DNA of 63,568 bases, filler included, from Craspedostauros australis (taxonomy: Eukaryota), in the NCBI GenBank assembly GCA_030167865.1. It is 9 parts of 9 records of this genome, joined end to end, with 100 filler letters (N's around TTAATTAATTAA, not from the genome) between each part and the next. Parts side by side here need not be neighbours in the genome. Positions count along the whole stretch, not along the records: positions 44,244 to 49,077 come from JALAGF010003315.1; positions 49,178 to 55,575 come from JALAGF010003318.1; positions 55,676 to 58,556 come from JALAGF010003321.1; positions 58,657 to 59,984 come from JALAGF010003326.1; 5 more parts are not named here. One strand, given 5' to 3'. A model generated the notes under the pieces. The model was not told the DNA's origin and made no database searches. It saw nothing but the letters and a program-made list of their open reading frames with translations. The position numbers and the translations under genes are program-made. Below are positions 46,757 through 59,189 of the stretch, one piece after another; positions within the stretch are counted from its first letter, which is position 1; each line of letters starts with the position of its first letter.

Positions 46757-46992
46757 ATGTGCTGTAGTACGTGCGAAAACTGACTCAAGACATGCTGGTA
46801 GTGATATCCATAGGGAGTCAATTCTTTGGCTTCAGCATTCTTGGTACCCCTCCATTCGTTGACAATGGTTCCTACATGCAACTGACAACATGACGATTCG
46901 AGCATTGCAAAACAAGAGGCTACTCCAGGACGGCAAGGTCTCGAAAGTTTCATATGTGAAGGTAAGCGGTAGATTGTGTAGATGTGCAGTGA

Positions 46993-48639
46993 TTAGTGAG
47001 CGTGGCTGTGATCGTGATGACACTCCTCGTGGCAATCTTCGTGGCACTCCTCATGCCCATGGTCGTGTCCATGACTATGATCATGGCTGTGATCATGGGC
47101 CATGTTCAAGCTTGCCTCCCAGCCTTCGTGGAAGGGATCAGTTTCTGGGGTAACGAGTTTATCCCAGTGTTCCTGGCCCAGCTTGAATTCCTCGGCGCCG
47201 ATCAAGCAAGCGTCCAAGGCCGCCACAATCGCATCCTTGTCTTCCAAGTGTCCAATGACCACAATCTCTTGCTGTCGATCTCCATAAGGCTCGTGCCAAA
47301 GCGGAGCGATGGCTTGCTCCAGAGTCTCGGGCCAGTCCGCCTTGTCGATGACTGCCCACCATGGATTGCCAGGATTGAGCGAGTAATGGTTGCCGGCCAG
47401 AGAGAAGTCCGCTTGGAATTGAGGACGATTTGCCAACCAGCAGAACCCCTTGGCTCGCAAGATGGTCGATTCGTCAAATGGAGAACCACTGCCGTCCAAC
47501 ATGGCCTGGAGGGCCTCTTCGAGTTTGGCTGGATGAAAGGGCTTGAGAGCGCGGTAGGTCATGCTGCTGATGCCGTACTCCTCTGTCTCGGGAGTGTGCT
47601 CCCCGATGCGTTCCTCCTGCAGCCAGCCTTTGTGCTGCTCGGCCTGTGACATAGAGAATATGCCGGTTCCCAACACGTACTTCAGAGGCACCTTGGAAAA
47701 GGTCGATTCCACAATCTTGGCCGTGGGATTCATGACTCCGATCAAGCGTCGGACTTGCTTTTGCTCATCGTCCGAAAGCAAATCGCACTTGTTGAGGACG
47801 ATGACGTTGGCGAATTCGACTTGATCGCACAGCAGATGCGAGATGGTCCGGGCATCCTCAGGATCTGCTTGCCAGTCGCGTTCCTGCAGAGACTCGAGGC
47901 TGTCCAATTCGGAGAAGAATCGGGAGCCGTCCACAACCGTAACGAGGGTATCGATCATGGCCACATCGCCCAGCCGCAGACCGGTGGAGTCTTCGAAGGT
48001 GAAGGTCTCGGCGACGGGCATGGGCTCAGAAATACCGCTCGATTCAATCAGAAGATAGTCGAAACGGCCATCAGCTGCAATGGCGGCGACCTCGGTCAGC
48101 AGGTCTTCTCGGAGGGTGCAGCAGATGCAACCATTCGAGAGTTCCACCATATGTTCTTCTCGTTGGACGATGCTCGTCTTCTTCAACAACGCTGCGTCGA
48201 TGTTAATGGAGCCCATGTCGTTGACCAAAATGGCGACGTTGTAGCCTTCGTAGTTGGCGAGGATATGTGACAAGAGAGTTGTCTTGCCAGATCCCAAGAA
48301 TCCCGACAACAGCGTGACGAGCAGCTTGGATCCTTGTTTTTGCTTTTGTCCCTGCTCTTGTCCAGCATTGACATTGGCATCTACGCTGTGCTTTTGAAGG
48401 GATTCCTTTTGAGCTTTGGCAGCATTTGCCTTGCGCACGTCCTGAAGGATGTCACCTTGACGCGACGGCTTCCACTCTTCCGTTTGCAATGCTAGTGACG
48501 AAGAGGAAGATGGCAGCAAGGACTGGGATTGAGTGAGGCTTTGATGAAACAAAGCCTCGAGCTCCTGTCCGAAGATGCCTCCCCATTTGTTGGGAACGAG
48601 TCCAGCCTTCGCGGCTTGGATCAAGGCCAGGGCCATCAT
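46993..48639 (-). CDS. CobW/COG0523 (G3E) metallochaperone GTPase with His-rich tail; 5' end uncertain
   Basis: SGFLGSGKTTLL, LVNDMG, ELSNGCICCTLREDL, IESSGISEP, LNKCDL, EEYGISS, RAKGFCW, GDRQQEIV. Ends HDHSHDHSHGH... Confidence 0.92.
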   Translation of the reverse strand: MMALALIQAAKAGLVPNKWGGIFGQELEALFHQSLTQSQSLLPSSSSSLALQTEEWKPSRQGDILQDVRKANAAKAQKESLQKHSVDANVNAGQEQGQKQKQGSKLLVTLLSGFLGSGKTTLLSHILANYEGYNVAILVNDMGSINIDAALLKKTSIVQREEHMVELSNGCICCTLREDLLTEVAAIAADGRFDYLLIESSGISEPMPVAETFTFEDSTGLRLGDVAMIDTLVTVVDGSRFFSELDSLESLQERDWQADPEDARTISHLLCDQVEFANVIVLNKCDLLSDDEQKQVRRLIGVMNPTAKIVESTFSKVPLKYVLGTGIFSMSQAEQHKGWLQEERIGEHTPETEEYGISSMTYRALKPFHPAKLEEALQAMLDGSGSPFDESTILRAKGFCWLANRPQFQADFSLAGNHYSLNPGNPWWAVIDKADWPETLEQAIAPLWHEPYGDRQQEIVVIGHLEDKDAIVAALDACLIGAEEFKLGQEHWDKLVTPETDPFHEGWEASLNMAHDHSHDHSHGHDHGHEECHEDCHEECHHDHSHAH

Positions 48640-48643
48640 CTGC

Positions 48644-49077
48644 AATAATAATAACTCAATGATTACATTAGAAATGTGCCCTGTAAGCTTTACCCTCGCC
48701 TCCGCCGGCCCCGTAGGACCGGGTTTCGAGCGAGCCGTCGAACACACGAATCATGCGAGGCCCAGCCAATTACTCATCAGCCGCCGTTCATTCTGCATGG
48801 TGCGCGCCCGTCGCCGGGCGGCCACCTTGGAATGCACCTCCTGCATGTCCTGTATCCACTGCCGCATCTGCGACTCCGTTCCGTATTCCATCTGGTAGCC
48901 CTCCCGCAGGAGAACCAACTCTGACTCGTTCATGTCCTGGCTGGCGCTGACCGCGATCCGTCGCACTTGCCGCCGCAGCTCCGCCAGTGACGGGTGCTGC
49001 TCGCCGTCGTGCACCTTCTCGTTGCGCGCGACCCATACACTCCAGGGAACTTTCCAGACCCACCGTATCACTTCCTT
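48644..49077 (-). mobile_element. Probable 3' end of a non-LTR (LINE-like) retrotransposon: ORF C-terminus, ~100-nt 3' UTR, (TTA)n tail
   Basis: ORF open to the contig edge with W..W..RN..H, QWI and ERRLMSNWL*, a pattern I recognise from diatom LINE ORF ends. Followed by a short UTR and TTATTATTATT. The contig breaks inside it. Confidence 0.55.
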
Positions 49078-49177
49078 NNNNNNNNNNNNNNNNNNNNNNN
49101 NNNNNNNNNNNNNNNNNNNNNTTAATTAATTAANNNNNNNNNNNNNNNNNNNNNNNNNNNNNNNNNNNNNNNNNNNN

Positions 49178-50132
49178 CTTCCAATCTCCATCCTGCCAGG
49201 ACATGAGCAGCCTCATCGATGTGGCCACCTGCATCTCGGACACCACGACCGACTACTCCGTCTGCTTCGGCGAAGGCACCAACACGACGGTGTCCTCCCT
49301 GACTACATGCTTGACCGACGGCTTCCAGTCCATCACGACGAACAGCAACTTCTTCCAGGACCTCACGGATCTCGTGACGGACTGCTTCGATCCCATGATC
49401 AGCTGCGTCAAGCAGCGCTATGAGGAGCTCATCGACTCCATCCACCCATGTGTCAACGAGACCATGACGGCCTTGGCGCAGTGCGCCGTCGACAACGCCG
49501 AAACGTGCGAAGCCTCGTGCGCCGACGTGCAACGCAACAACTGGACGGACCTCATCGACAAGGCCACGACGTTCGACGAGTGTCCCAGCATCCAGACCTC
49601 CATCATGGATCCCTTCTGCACCAACGTCGGATGCTGTCCGCAATGTCTCGATGAGGTCGAAGCGTTGGGCGAGTGCATCGTCAACAACGTGGTCGAATCG
49701 ACGCCGCAGCCATGCGATTTTGTGTGCACGGCGCGGCGTCGTAGTCGTCGTTTGGATGCCAGTCACGCGTCCACCGTCGATGCGGATGTCCTCACAAAGC
49801 GATGCATCGAGAAGACTCCTGGTGTCCTGCCGAGTCAGGATGCTGCCACGGCGTTGGCGCAGAACATCGACTACTTCGGTTGCGTTGAAGGTATCTACCT
49901 TGACGTGCAGGATGGGAAGATCACGGATGACAGCGATGCTGGTAACACCGGTAGTACTAGTGACGATGGCAACACTGGAGGCAACAGTGACGATGGCGGC
50001 ACTGGAGGAGACACTGATGCCAGTACGGAGGGCGAGAAGAAGGATGGCGACGATTCCGAGGCCGCCTTCCTGCGTTCCACTATTGTTGGCGCATTCGTGG
50101 CTGCCATGATCGCCACCTCCTTCATTCTGTAA
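49178..50132 (+). CDS. Cys-rich secreted protein with Gly/Asp/Ser linker and GPI-anchor-like C-terminus; probably 5'-partial
   Basis: Many regularly spaced cysteines, RRSRRLD motif, terminal hydrophobic TIVGAFVAAMIATSFIL. Confidence 0.7.
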
Positions 50133-50576
50133 ACGCCTTCAACAACAACTACGATTCAGTTTACAGTAGCGACCATTACCCACATATAATACATTGTTTG
50201 TGTCAAAGATGGAAGAGAGGTAAGAGTTCCTTGCTTGCGCGGCAGCGGGTCACGATGTTCGACACCGCTCGGCTCATCAGCATGTGCCTCCGAACAGATG
50301 TGGATTGATCGTGCGAAAGTTTCAGCACACCGTAGAAGGTGGCAGCGACAGGCAATGGCATACGCAGCGCTCTACTCTAATCAAGAAGAAGAAAGTGGAG
50401 GATAACATCCAATTGCATGTATTGTATGGTCCTAATTAAGATACGTACTCTACTCTACTCTACTCTATTCAGTATCGTCGCATTGGCATACTACGAGTAT
50501 GTGTGTGTGCAGAGCAGACCCATGACAGCTTCCGCCAGCATCTGTCTGCCTTCCATTCCATCACATCGTATCGCAT

Positions 50577-52765
50577 TTACTCACAGCCCAGTCCGAAATC
50601 GCGGTACCCGCCAGTGCCGAAGTTACCGCCGCGGTACAGCACCTCACCATCCTCGCTCAAGGCGATACCGCCGTAGCCGAGCAATCCATCGCCGTAGCTG
50701 TCCACGATCTCGTAACGCCAGCACGATAGGCGATCGACGCACACGGTCTGGGTATCGCGTTCGAAGGGGCGGTAGCTATCCTCCTTCCACACTTCCTCTC
50801 CGGTTGCCAGATTGCGCAAGGAGTGGCTGATGTCTCCTGGGAATAGGTCCAAGCGGATGTCGACGCGAATTTCGAGGCATGGGAGATCGTCGGCACCGTC
50901 GTTACCGCTGTTGTCACCGCCGCCACCGTTTTCATCGCTGTTATCGCCGCCGCTGCTGTCGCCCAGAGATTCGATGGCGGCCAACGCATCGACGATACCA
51001 TGACCGAAGCTGCTGTCCTTGCCACTGGGTCCACGATCTTCGGCTGTGGATGTGAGGGCGGTGAAGAGTTCTGCGGTGGTCAGATTCTTGTCGTAGCTTC
51101 TGAGCAGTGCTGCCACTCCGCTCACATGTGGGCATGCCTGTTGCGATCGAGAGTGAATATGAATGGTGTGGAGAAGAGCAAGTGTGGGATTGTAGTAGCA
51201 GGCATGGTTAGATGATTGTTGGCAATGACAGTCATTGGTATTCGATCACATAATGAAATACAGTATGTATGATTGGCGACTGGCTCTGCATGGTCCAACC
51301 ACAGTAAACAGCATCTGCGTGTCTTCACACTTACCATGCTCGTTCCACTGATCGTGGCGTAACGTCCGTTGTTCCAGGTGCTGCGCACGTCGACTCCTGG
51401 CGCAGCGAGATCCACACGGTTGTTGCGAGTGGAGAAGCTAGCCAAGTTCTTGGAAGAATCCACCGCTGCCACGCTCACGACGATATCGTACGCTGCTGGG
51501 TAGTTGACGGCGTTGGTCGTTCCTCCGGAGTTGCCAGAGGCTGCCACGGACAGGATGCCCTGGCTGTACAGCTGCTCGAAGAAGGCGCGCTCTCTACTGC
51601 TGGAGCCTCCTCCTCCCAAACTCATGCTGATGATATCGGCGCCTCCGTCGACACACTGCGCTGCCGCCTTCATCAAGTCGGAGCTGAAGATCCCTTGATC
51701 GTTGAAGACACGGACGGTGAAGATCTTGGCTTCGGGTGCCACGCCGATGACTCCCACGTTGTTGTCGGACGCTCCGATCGTTCCGGAGACGTGCTGTTGT
51801 CATGCACAGCGATTGAGTAGTGTACAGAAATGGTTGAGCAGTTGCAAGGAGAGGTGGTGAGATGATTTGGTCGAATTCTTGATCAGCTTTCACGCACAGA
51901 TCACCTCTGGCTATTCACAAGCATGAGCATGAGCATGAGCATGAGCACAAGCACAAGCATGAGCACAAGCACGAGCACGAGCACAAGCATGAGCACAAGC
52001 ACGAGTACTCACCGTCCCATGGCCATTGCCGTCGGCATCCCATGGCGTCACAGCCTCGCCGCCATTGTATCCATCCAGGCGGCTGATGTCAAAGTCCTCG
52101 TGATCGCTCAAGATTCCGGTATCCAAGACGCATACGGTTGCGCCTGCTCCCTTGGTGCCAAACGACTCCCACACCTGCGGTGCGTTCACCATATCGATAC
52201 CGTATGGGGTCGTCTCGGTATTGCCTTGGAGCTTGCGATCATTCTGGTCGGCCTCTTCCACGACGACGGAATCGTGAATGTACAGAGGCTCGCGGGCCAT
52301 GTCCTCGAAGTAATCATAGCCAGCCAGCAGAGGGAGATCGGCCAGATCCAAAGAGATGGCCACAGCGTCGATGGTGTCGAGATCGTGGACGATGCTGATA
52401 TCTCCATGAGCACCGATACCGGCGCTCTTCGCCAGCTTCTGGATGTCCTCCAGACACTGCTGATGGGAGACGCCGGATGGGCACTCGACGATGACGCGCA
52501 CGATGTCATCGTCGATCACAGCCTCATCGGGCACATCTTCCGGGTCGTCGACGTTGCCATCAAGCCGTCGAGGTGTGTCGCGGGTGTTGGCATCAAGCTG
52601 CCGAGGTGTGTCGCGGGTGTTGGCAGCGTTGCTGAGTCCGCGCAGGCCTCCTGTGGAGCGCCGGACGCGATCGTCCTCTGCACGCTTGTGTCCCAAAGCT
52701 GGGGATGCTGACAATGCGGCAGTCGCCACGAAGACGGTGAAGAAGGTTTTGGAAAGACGGAACAT
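50577..52765 (-). CDS. Secreted subtilisin (peptidase S8); exons 52765-52013, 51793-51335, 51137-50577
   Basis: Signal peptide. Catalytic triad VLDTGI, GHGT|HVSGTI, SGTSM|ACPHVSG. Oxyanion Asn in AASGNSG. C-terminal 'DSYGDG' domain. Confidence 0.92.
51916..52005. repeat. 6-bp degenerate tandem repeat (GCATGA/GCACAA/GCACGA) in subtilisin intron 1
   Basis: Read directly. Confidence 0.9.
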
Positions 52766-55700
52766 TGCTCGTGATGAATGAGAGATGGGTGGGATAGGTT
52801 GTTTGTTGTGTGTGTTGTTTGTGAAGTCGGTTTGTTTGTGTGTTTGTGTTGATGAGATGCTATTGCTTTGGATGCTTTTCGTTTTTATGAGAGGATGAGG
52901 ATTGTCTTCGAAGTTGATCAGCCACTGCCATTGATTGCCTTGCTGCTTGCACCATACCTTCTTGAAATCAATATGACAGATGCTTGAGTGGCTGCATCAT
53001 GCATCGTGAGCCAACATCGCGGGCCAACATCGCGCGAGATCGATTGATCGATCGATAGGTATCCAACCACACCATTTGATCGTGCATCTGATCTTGGTCG
53101 GGATAGTACGAGTGCGTGATACCACAGTGCTCGAGAGGATTTGACTCGGAGGTACTCTCGGTGATGTTGAATCCACACTGGTGATGGAGGCAAGGCATCT
53201 GAGGAATCCGAGATGCTCTGCATTCCCAAGGCATTCTCGGGTATTTCTCCTTTCCCTTTCCCAAGACCAATGTTGTTGTTGTTGCTGCAACGCTCGATGA
53301 GGCAAAGTTGGCACAACCCACTCTTTCTTACTCCTCCTGTACCTGCACCATGCTATACTCGGTCGTATCATCTGCGATCGTTGCGTGTTGTTGATCGCAA
53401 GTGGCCGGATCGCAATCTCACGGACACGGCAACTTCCGTGTGGACTTGCTGAGTGGATCGTGTTTGGATCTTCGTTCATCCGAATCGAGTCTGTGTTGGT
53501 CTTTTCGGTCTCATGAGAGTTCCGTTTGTTTTGTCGGAGTGGACATTCTGTGACGCAATACACGAAGCACACTTAACAATATGAGAACCGGTCGGTATTC
53601 ATTCCAGAAAAGCCAAAGCGGCAACACGCCGTTCTGTTCGTCCTCTCACATTTTCGAAACACGAAACAATCACAAACAGCACGTGCATCACCGCAACAAC
53701 ACAAACCTCGCCGAAGAGATTGGCGCACATGGGGCGATCGTGCCAAAGCAGTTATGGCGCGACCATGGTGCTCTGTGAGAAGTTGTGAAGATCGATCGTT
53801 GTGAGCCATTCTGTCGGTGCCGACTCGTTCGGAAGGAACAGACGTTACGCGGGGTGATGTTTGCGAGTGTTCCACATTGGTCGTTGTGTCCACCTCCACG
53901 GGGCATTCGGATGACTATCAGGATTCGATCTTTGCCGTCTCGAGTGGAAGACGGCGGTTCCGTTGCGTTCCATCCGGAATGTTACGAATCGGGAGAGCTT
54001 TCGTAGTAGTATGGTGGAGTCTTCGTCTGAGCAGGACTTGAATCTCTCCCTCTCCCTCTCCAAATCGATACTTATACCAGCGGGAAATAGCGCGAAGCGA
54101 GCTCAGGTAGTGCACGTACAAGTACGTATGGCATTGGCACGTGCGCAAGAAGTTCGCTGTGTTGATCCTGTGCTCTGTTCACGTCTTCGCCCCACCAACA
54201 GCAGCGGCAGCAGCAGTAGCGATGCCAACCATGACGGCATTCCATTCCGCAACTCCTTCTCGCCACCGCCGCCAAGCCAATTCGAACCTGCGAGAATGAT
54301 ACAACGCGACGCCATGATGCGGAATGCTCGTCGCGGGGAAAAGGAAAAGGACGCCCGTCGATGCTTCCTGGGAATCATGTTGGACGCGTTCAGGCGATGA
54401 CATCCTGTCTCGTGGCGATCACCCTCGAGGTTTGCCATACACACGACTACTCGCAACAGAATACCTTGTTGACAAAAGAGGAAAAACCTGGGATGAATGT
54501 GGGGTCCAAGCAGAACGAAACGCACAGTAGTGTGTGTATCGAGGATGAAAGCACTCTTGCAACATATCACATGGATACAAGACAAAGCCCCAGGCTGTTC
54601 GCCGAAGGCAGCTCGCCAAGAGGGAAAGATTCGGAGATCGAGGGTGGAGCGATTGGTTGGATCCATGGTTGCGGCTCCTCGCCGATACGACAATCGCCTG
54701 AGCTGAGGACACAAGGAATCACAACATGCCTATTCGTACATACGGCGCTGGTTGCTTTCCCTTCCTCATTGCCACGTGTATACCCATCATCGGCACCGCC
54801 CTTCCAACCGCAGCCAAGAGTCATCATTGCCTCCGCCACATGATACAACAACACCAGCATGACTCCGCAAGAAGAGGAACACGCTTTCCATCTCACGTAA
54901 CTTGACATCACCTGACCTCTCGCATGGCTTCGTGCCGGACTCGATGTCAGAGATGCCTTGGACGTGTCCTTCCCGCGGTTGCACGGATCACAAACACCGA
55001 ACTCCTCCACGTTCCTGTCCGGCTTCGCCCTGCCCTTCTACACCACGAGCTACACTGCTCTCCGATTCCCCTCCAATGCCGCTCATCAATTCCACAAGAT
55101 CTCCGCGCCACGACCAACATTCACAAATCATGCACAGGCGAAGTTGGCGGGCACACGCGAGAGCAAACAAAAATTGGTCTTGTCCGATACCGCGCCTGAT
55201 TCGTGGGCGACTGAGGTAGTCGATCGAGTCAAACATTCCACTCAATGACTAATTCGCGGTCTGAGTGGAGCCTCCGATCTTGCTCAAGCTTGTGTTGCTG
55301 CAATCTGATTCGAGGTGTGTATGGAATAATAGATATGTACGCGTAGATACTCGTACATGCTTCTCAGATACCAGACCAGTGTTTACTTGCGCTGCTCTGC
55401 GTTCAAATTGCACACTCTGGCATGGTCGCACGGGAGGGCCTCAGTTCATAGTACCCACTTGAGTTAGAGTATTTCATTTACCATCTCCAATTCATGGTCT
55501 TTCCTATAATACAATTTAAATCCGAAGTGCTGTTGGCGTATCCTCAATGTTGCCAATTGCTCTGTTTGGGAATTCNNNNNNNNNNNNNNNNNNNNNNNNN
55601 NNNNNNNNNNNNNNNNNNNTTAATTAATTAANNNNNNNNNNNNNNNNNNNNNNNNNNNNNNNNNNNNNNNNNNNNGCCAGATCTTAGTTTGTCACTTCGC

Positions 55701-56316
55701 TCCGGAGGAGAAGAAGAATCCAAATCTCTCCTTTCCTCGTGCTCCGACGAATGCATGTGTGCATCATGCATGCAGGCATACGAGAACTCTTTCCAGCAAC
55801 GTCGGCGTATCCGATTGGCACTCATCAGCAGGTTGCGCCATCGCGGTATCATTTGTGCGCTGATGTCACCCATGCGGCAACACGATTCACGCGCAACACG
55901 TCTGCACAATCCTTGAATTTGTAAGCGTGGATTCTCTCTAATTTGTTCATTTTTGTTCTCATCGGTTGCTCCACTACGTTCGTTGCGAATGGCGTCGTTT
56001 TTGTTCGTCAATGGAAGCAATTCCTGAGGAGTATCCTACGACATGAGAACTCCACCCAGGCCGACCCAGCTCAACTCACATCAACTCATGTCATTTCGAT
56101 CGACTTTGTGTCGAGGATCCCAAGACACGCTGCGAGTAGAGACATGTGCTCCACTTCCTCTACGCCGACTTCCTTCTCGACCACCTCCACTTCCTCCTCC
56201 TTCTTCTCATAAAAGCCAATTCCAAACAACTGCAATCAAGCAAACAACAAGACCAACAACAATTAAAATCAAAAGCAACACCGACGACGACGACAACAAC
56301 AACAACAACGACAACA

Positions 56317-57414
56317 ATGAGTATTATGATGAAAGCTATCGAATTCAACCGCAAGGCAAAGAAGATGCAACAGATCGAGATCCCCAAGCCCAGCCTCGAG
56401 GATTCCAACGTGAAGGATGGCAATGTCCTCGTCAAGGTGCTGTACTCGGCATTGGATACCGCGACACCTGACATTTGCGAACAAACCATAGTGGGAGGTT
56501 TCGTCCATGACTTGAAGGCTGACCCCTTGCTGATCGGGTATCACTACGCCGGCATCGTCGCAGACGTCAGCACCGCTGCACCTAAGTCTGAGAGTGAGAC
56601 TGATGGCGATACCACCAAGTCCACTACCCTCAAAGTAGGCGACACCGTGTTCGGTCACTTGCAGTATGAGCCAACACAGAAGCAAGGAGCACTCGCTGAG
56701 TACATCGTTGTGAGCTCCAACGATTGCGCCAAGCTGCAGCCAAAGTCCTCGGCTGGTGGTGCTCAGCAGAAGATCGAGCCCAAGGTGGCTTCAGCGGCCA
56801 GCACTGAGGCCATCACCGCATACCAGTCCTTGGTCGACCTCGGAGGCATGGCGAAGGGCAAGACGGTTCTCATCGTTGGTGCCGGCGGCGGCGTGGGAAG
56901 CGCTGCTGTGGGCATCGCAAAGGGCCTCGGCGCAGCACAAGTGATTGCCATCTGCAGCACCAGAGATGTGAAGCGCGTGCGCGCATTCGGAGCCGACGTG
57001 GTCGTGGATCGCAAGGAGCACTCTAATCCGCTCAAGTACATCGAGCGCACCTTGGGAATGAAGCACAAGATCGATATCCTGTTCGATACTCCAACGCAGA
57101 ACAGCTTCTGGTCTTGGTCCGTCCGCAGCCTCCTCAAGCCAAAGACTGGCGCCTTCGTCCAGACCATACCCACCTTCGAGTACATGCTGACAAGCTGGTT
57201 GGCGTCTCTGATTTCCTCGCAGACCTTCCGTTGGGTGGCCTGCAACTCCAAGAAGGAGAACCTCGAACACATTCTTGAGTTGATGCAAGATGGTATCTTG
57301 AAGATCGACATCGACTCGGAGTTCATGGCAAAGGACGTGGACGAGGCGATGGCACGTCAGATGGAGAATGGAAAGAAGGGTCGTGTCATCATCAAGGTCG
57401 ATGGAGGTTGGTGA
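56317..57414 (+). CDS. MDR-family NADPH:quinone oxidoreductase-like protein
   Basis: VLVKV, GYHYAGIV, KVGDTVFG, GALAEY, VLIVGAGGGVGSAAV, KKGRVII. No catalytic Zn-binding Cys motif. Confidence 0.85.
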   Translation: MSIMMKAIEFNRKAKKMQQIEIPKPSLEDSNVKDGNVLVKVLYSALDTATPDICEQTIVGGFVHDLKADPLLIGYHYAGIVADVSTAAPKSESETDGDTTKSTTLKVGDTVFGHLQYEPTQKQGALAEYIVVSSNDCAKLQPKSSAGGAQQKIEPKVASAASTEAITAYQSLVDLGGMAKGKTVLIVGAGGGVGSAAVGIAKGLGAAQVIAICSTRDVKRVRAFGADVVVDRKEHSNPLKYIERTLGMKHKIDILFDTPTQNSFWSWSVRSLLKPKTGAFVQTIPTFEYMLTSWLASLISSQTFRWVACNSKKENLEHILELMQDGILKIDIDSEFMAKDVDEAMARQMENGKKGRVIIKVDGGW

Positions 57415-59189
57415 GATGCAGACACTGCTCCGCCGGTAGCATCATTGCGTACATGAAGATGCGCGCTCATCTCGCACCATCACAATGGTCCTTCTGCGAG
57501 AGCGGCGGCAAGCAGACATTGCTTCGCACCTTGCCTCGATCGTTGAGAGGCTACGAGATGCGATGAACGCACTTCAATGCAACAGAAGCTTCCGCAAGAA
57601 GTGAAGCGGAGCATGCCAAGACTTCGAACAATCCAAAGCTCCACGAGTGTGGTCTACACCACAGTGAGACAACTTTGGATCGAGTCTGATCAATTGAAAA
57701 TAGCAATGCTCATTCAAACAATAATAATAATAGAATACTACTCTGCTTTACTCTATTCTATTGCAATACGTCGTTGAGGTGCTGACCCATGACCGCATCC
57801 GCAACGAGTTTGTTGATTTCTTCGATCTCGAATCTGTGGTGTCGAGTCACAAGTCGTAGCTTGCTATGAGTCCCGCAAACATGAACGACAAACAAACAAA
57901 GTCGAAGTGTGTCTGAACTGGTCACCGCATCACCTCCCGCCAGTACCACCTCTGCGATCGTCGCCGATCGCGCTTGCTCCCCGATCTCCACATCGATGTC
58001 TATCCGACACACATGATGTCGTAGCATCATGTATGGGGCGGTACTGGTGCCATCTCCAAACTGGGATTAGAAGTACGAGGAGAGGTGTGGATCCTACCAC
58101 ATGCCGTAGTCCGACTTTACTACGACCGGCATTACGTACTTCAAGCACACATGGCTCGCAGCAAGCTGGCGCGACACCTTCCACTCCCAGCTTGTTGGAT
58201 CTGTCTCGAAGACGTCCCGTTTAATCACTGGTTGCCATCGATACAGTTATGGCAACGGGATGAAGAGGGTCCATGCGACTACTCTACGCGATTGTGCAGT
58301 TGGCCACGTACCATGCACGTGCCATATGCTGCGGACACGACGCAGCCCACATTGCTTATTTCGCGAGCTGACTCTCAGAACGGAGGCAAGGCGAGGCGAC
58401 TAAATGATTCCATGGTTACTCCGCAAGCTATTATACTACCAAAGTATTCGGATGATACAGTGGCCCCAGCATAGCCAAGACTGTTCCACAACGCGGCGAT
58501 GCATTCACACATCCAGCGATGACCATCGATTCAGGCTCTTGCATGGCAGTGCTCTTNNNNNNNNNNNNNNNNNNNNNNNNNNNNNNNNNNNNNNNNNNNN
58601 TTAATTAATTAANNNNNNNNNNNNNNNNNNNNNNNNNNNNNNNNNNNNNNNNNNNNGTCGCAATACGCTCCACTTCATCAAGTTGGACTCGATTCCTACA
58701 AACCATGCATGACGCCCGCGGGGTCCGCCATCGTTTCCCACGCAGCTCCGCTCACATCATCGACACCAACGAACGCGGAAACCATATGATTGGCATGACG
58801 ACCACGACAATGACAGTGGTGGCTGAACCATCGTCTTCATGTCGCATTGGCCAATGATGCTGCACAGCAACGTGCCGGACGCCAACCAGGATCATCTGCA
58901 ATTCATGCACAGAAGATCATGCGTATCTCGCAGCCCAGCCAGACCGTGTTGCGAACGATACAGGAGTGCATGGAGCAGCATGCTGTGCGCATCACCAAAA
59001 GCGATAGTGAAGGCATGCCAGACGCACCATTGAATGAATCGATCACTGATGACCTGCTTTCATGCCGTTGCTTGCCTAATGACTATTCTGATGACTATTT
59101 TTATCCATCAACTCAATTCCGTCATGCGTGCGCTTCTCGAAGACTTCTGTTATGGTGTGGTATGGCATGGTATGATATGGTCTGGCACT

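Noticed and set aside
48730..48770. In-frame TGA between the 48751-49071 ORF and the CobW ORF, reading GLA-U-FVC (UxxC, selenoprotein-like)
   Set aside because: The upstream ORF looks like a retrotransposon C-terminus that ends naturally at this stop, there is no thioredoxin-fold context, and I saw no SECIS. A SECIS search of 46760-46990 and Cys/Sec alignment in homologs would reopen it.
48705..48790. Hammerhead-like words on the minus strand (CTGATGAG...CGAAACCCGGTC)
   Set aside because: Stems I and II do not pair beyond 1-2 bp, and CTGATGAG lies in coding sequence (L-M-S)
52900..55575. Several 100-200 aa ORFs upstream of the subtilisin
   Set aside because: No motifs, consistent splice model or coding bias that I can support; may be non-coding or decayed
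57758..59180. Short ORF fragments around the 58557 linker
   Set aside because: No recognisable domain; cannot be assembled into a gene by eye
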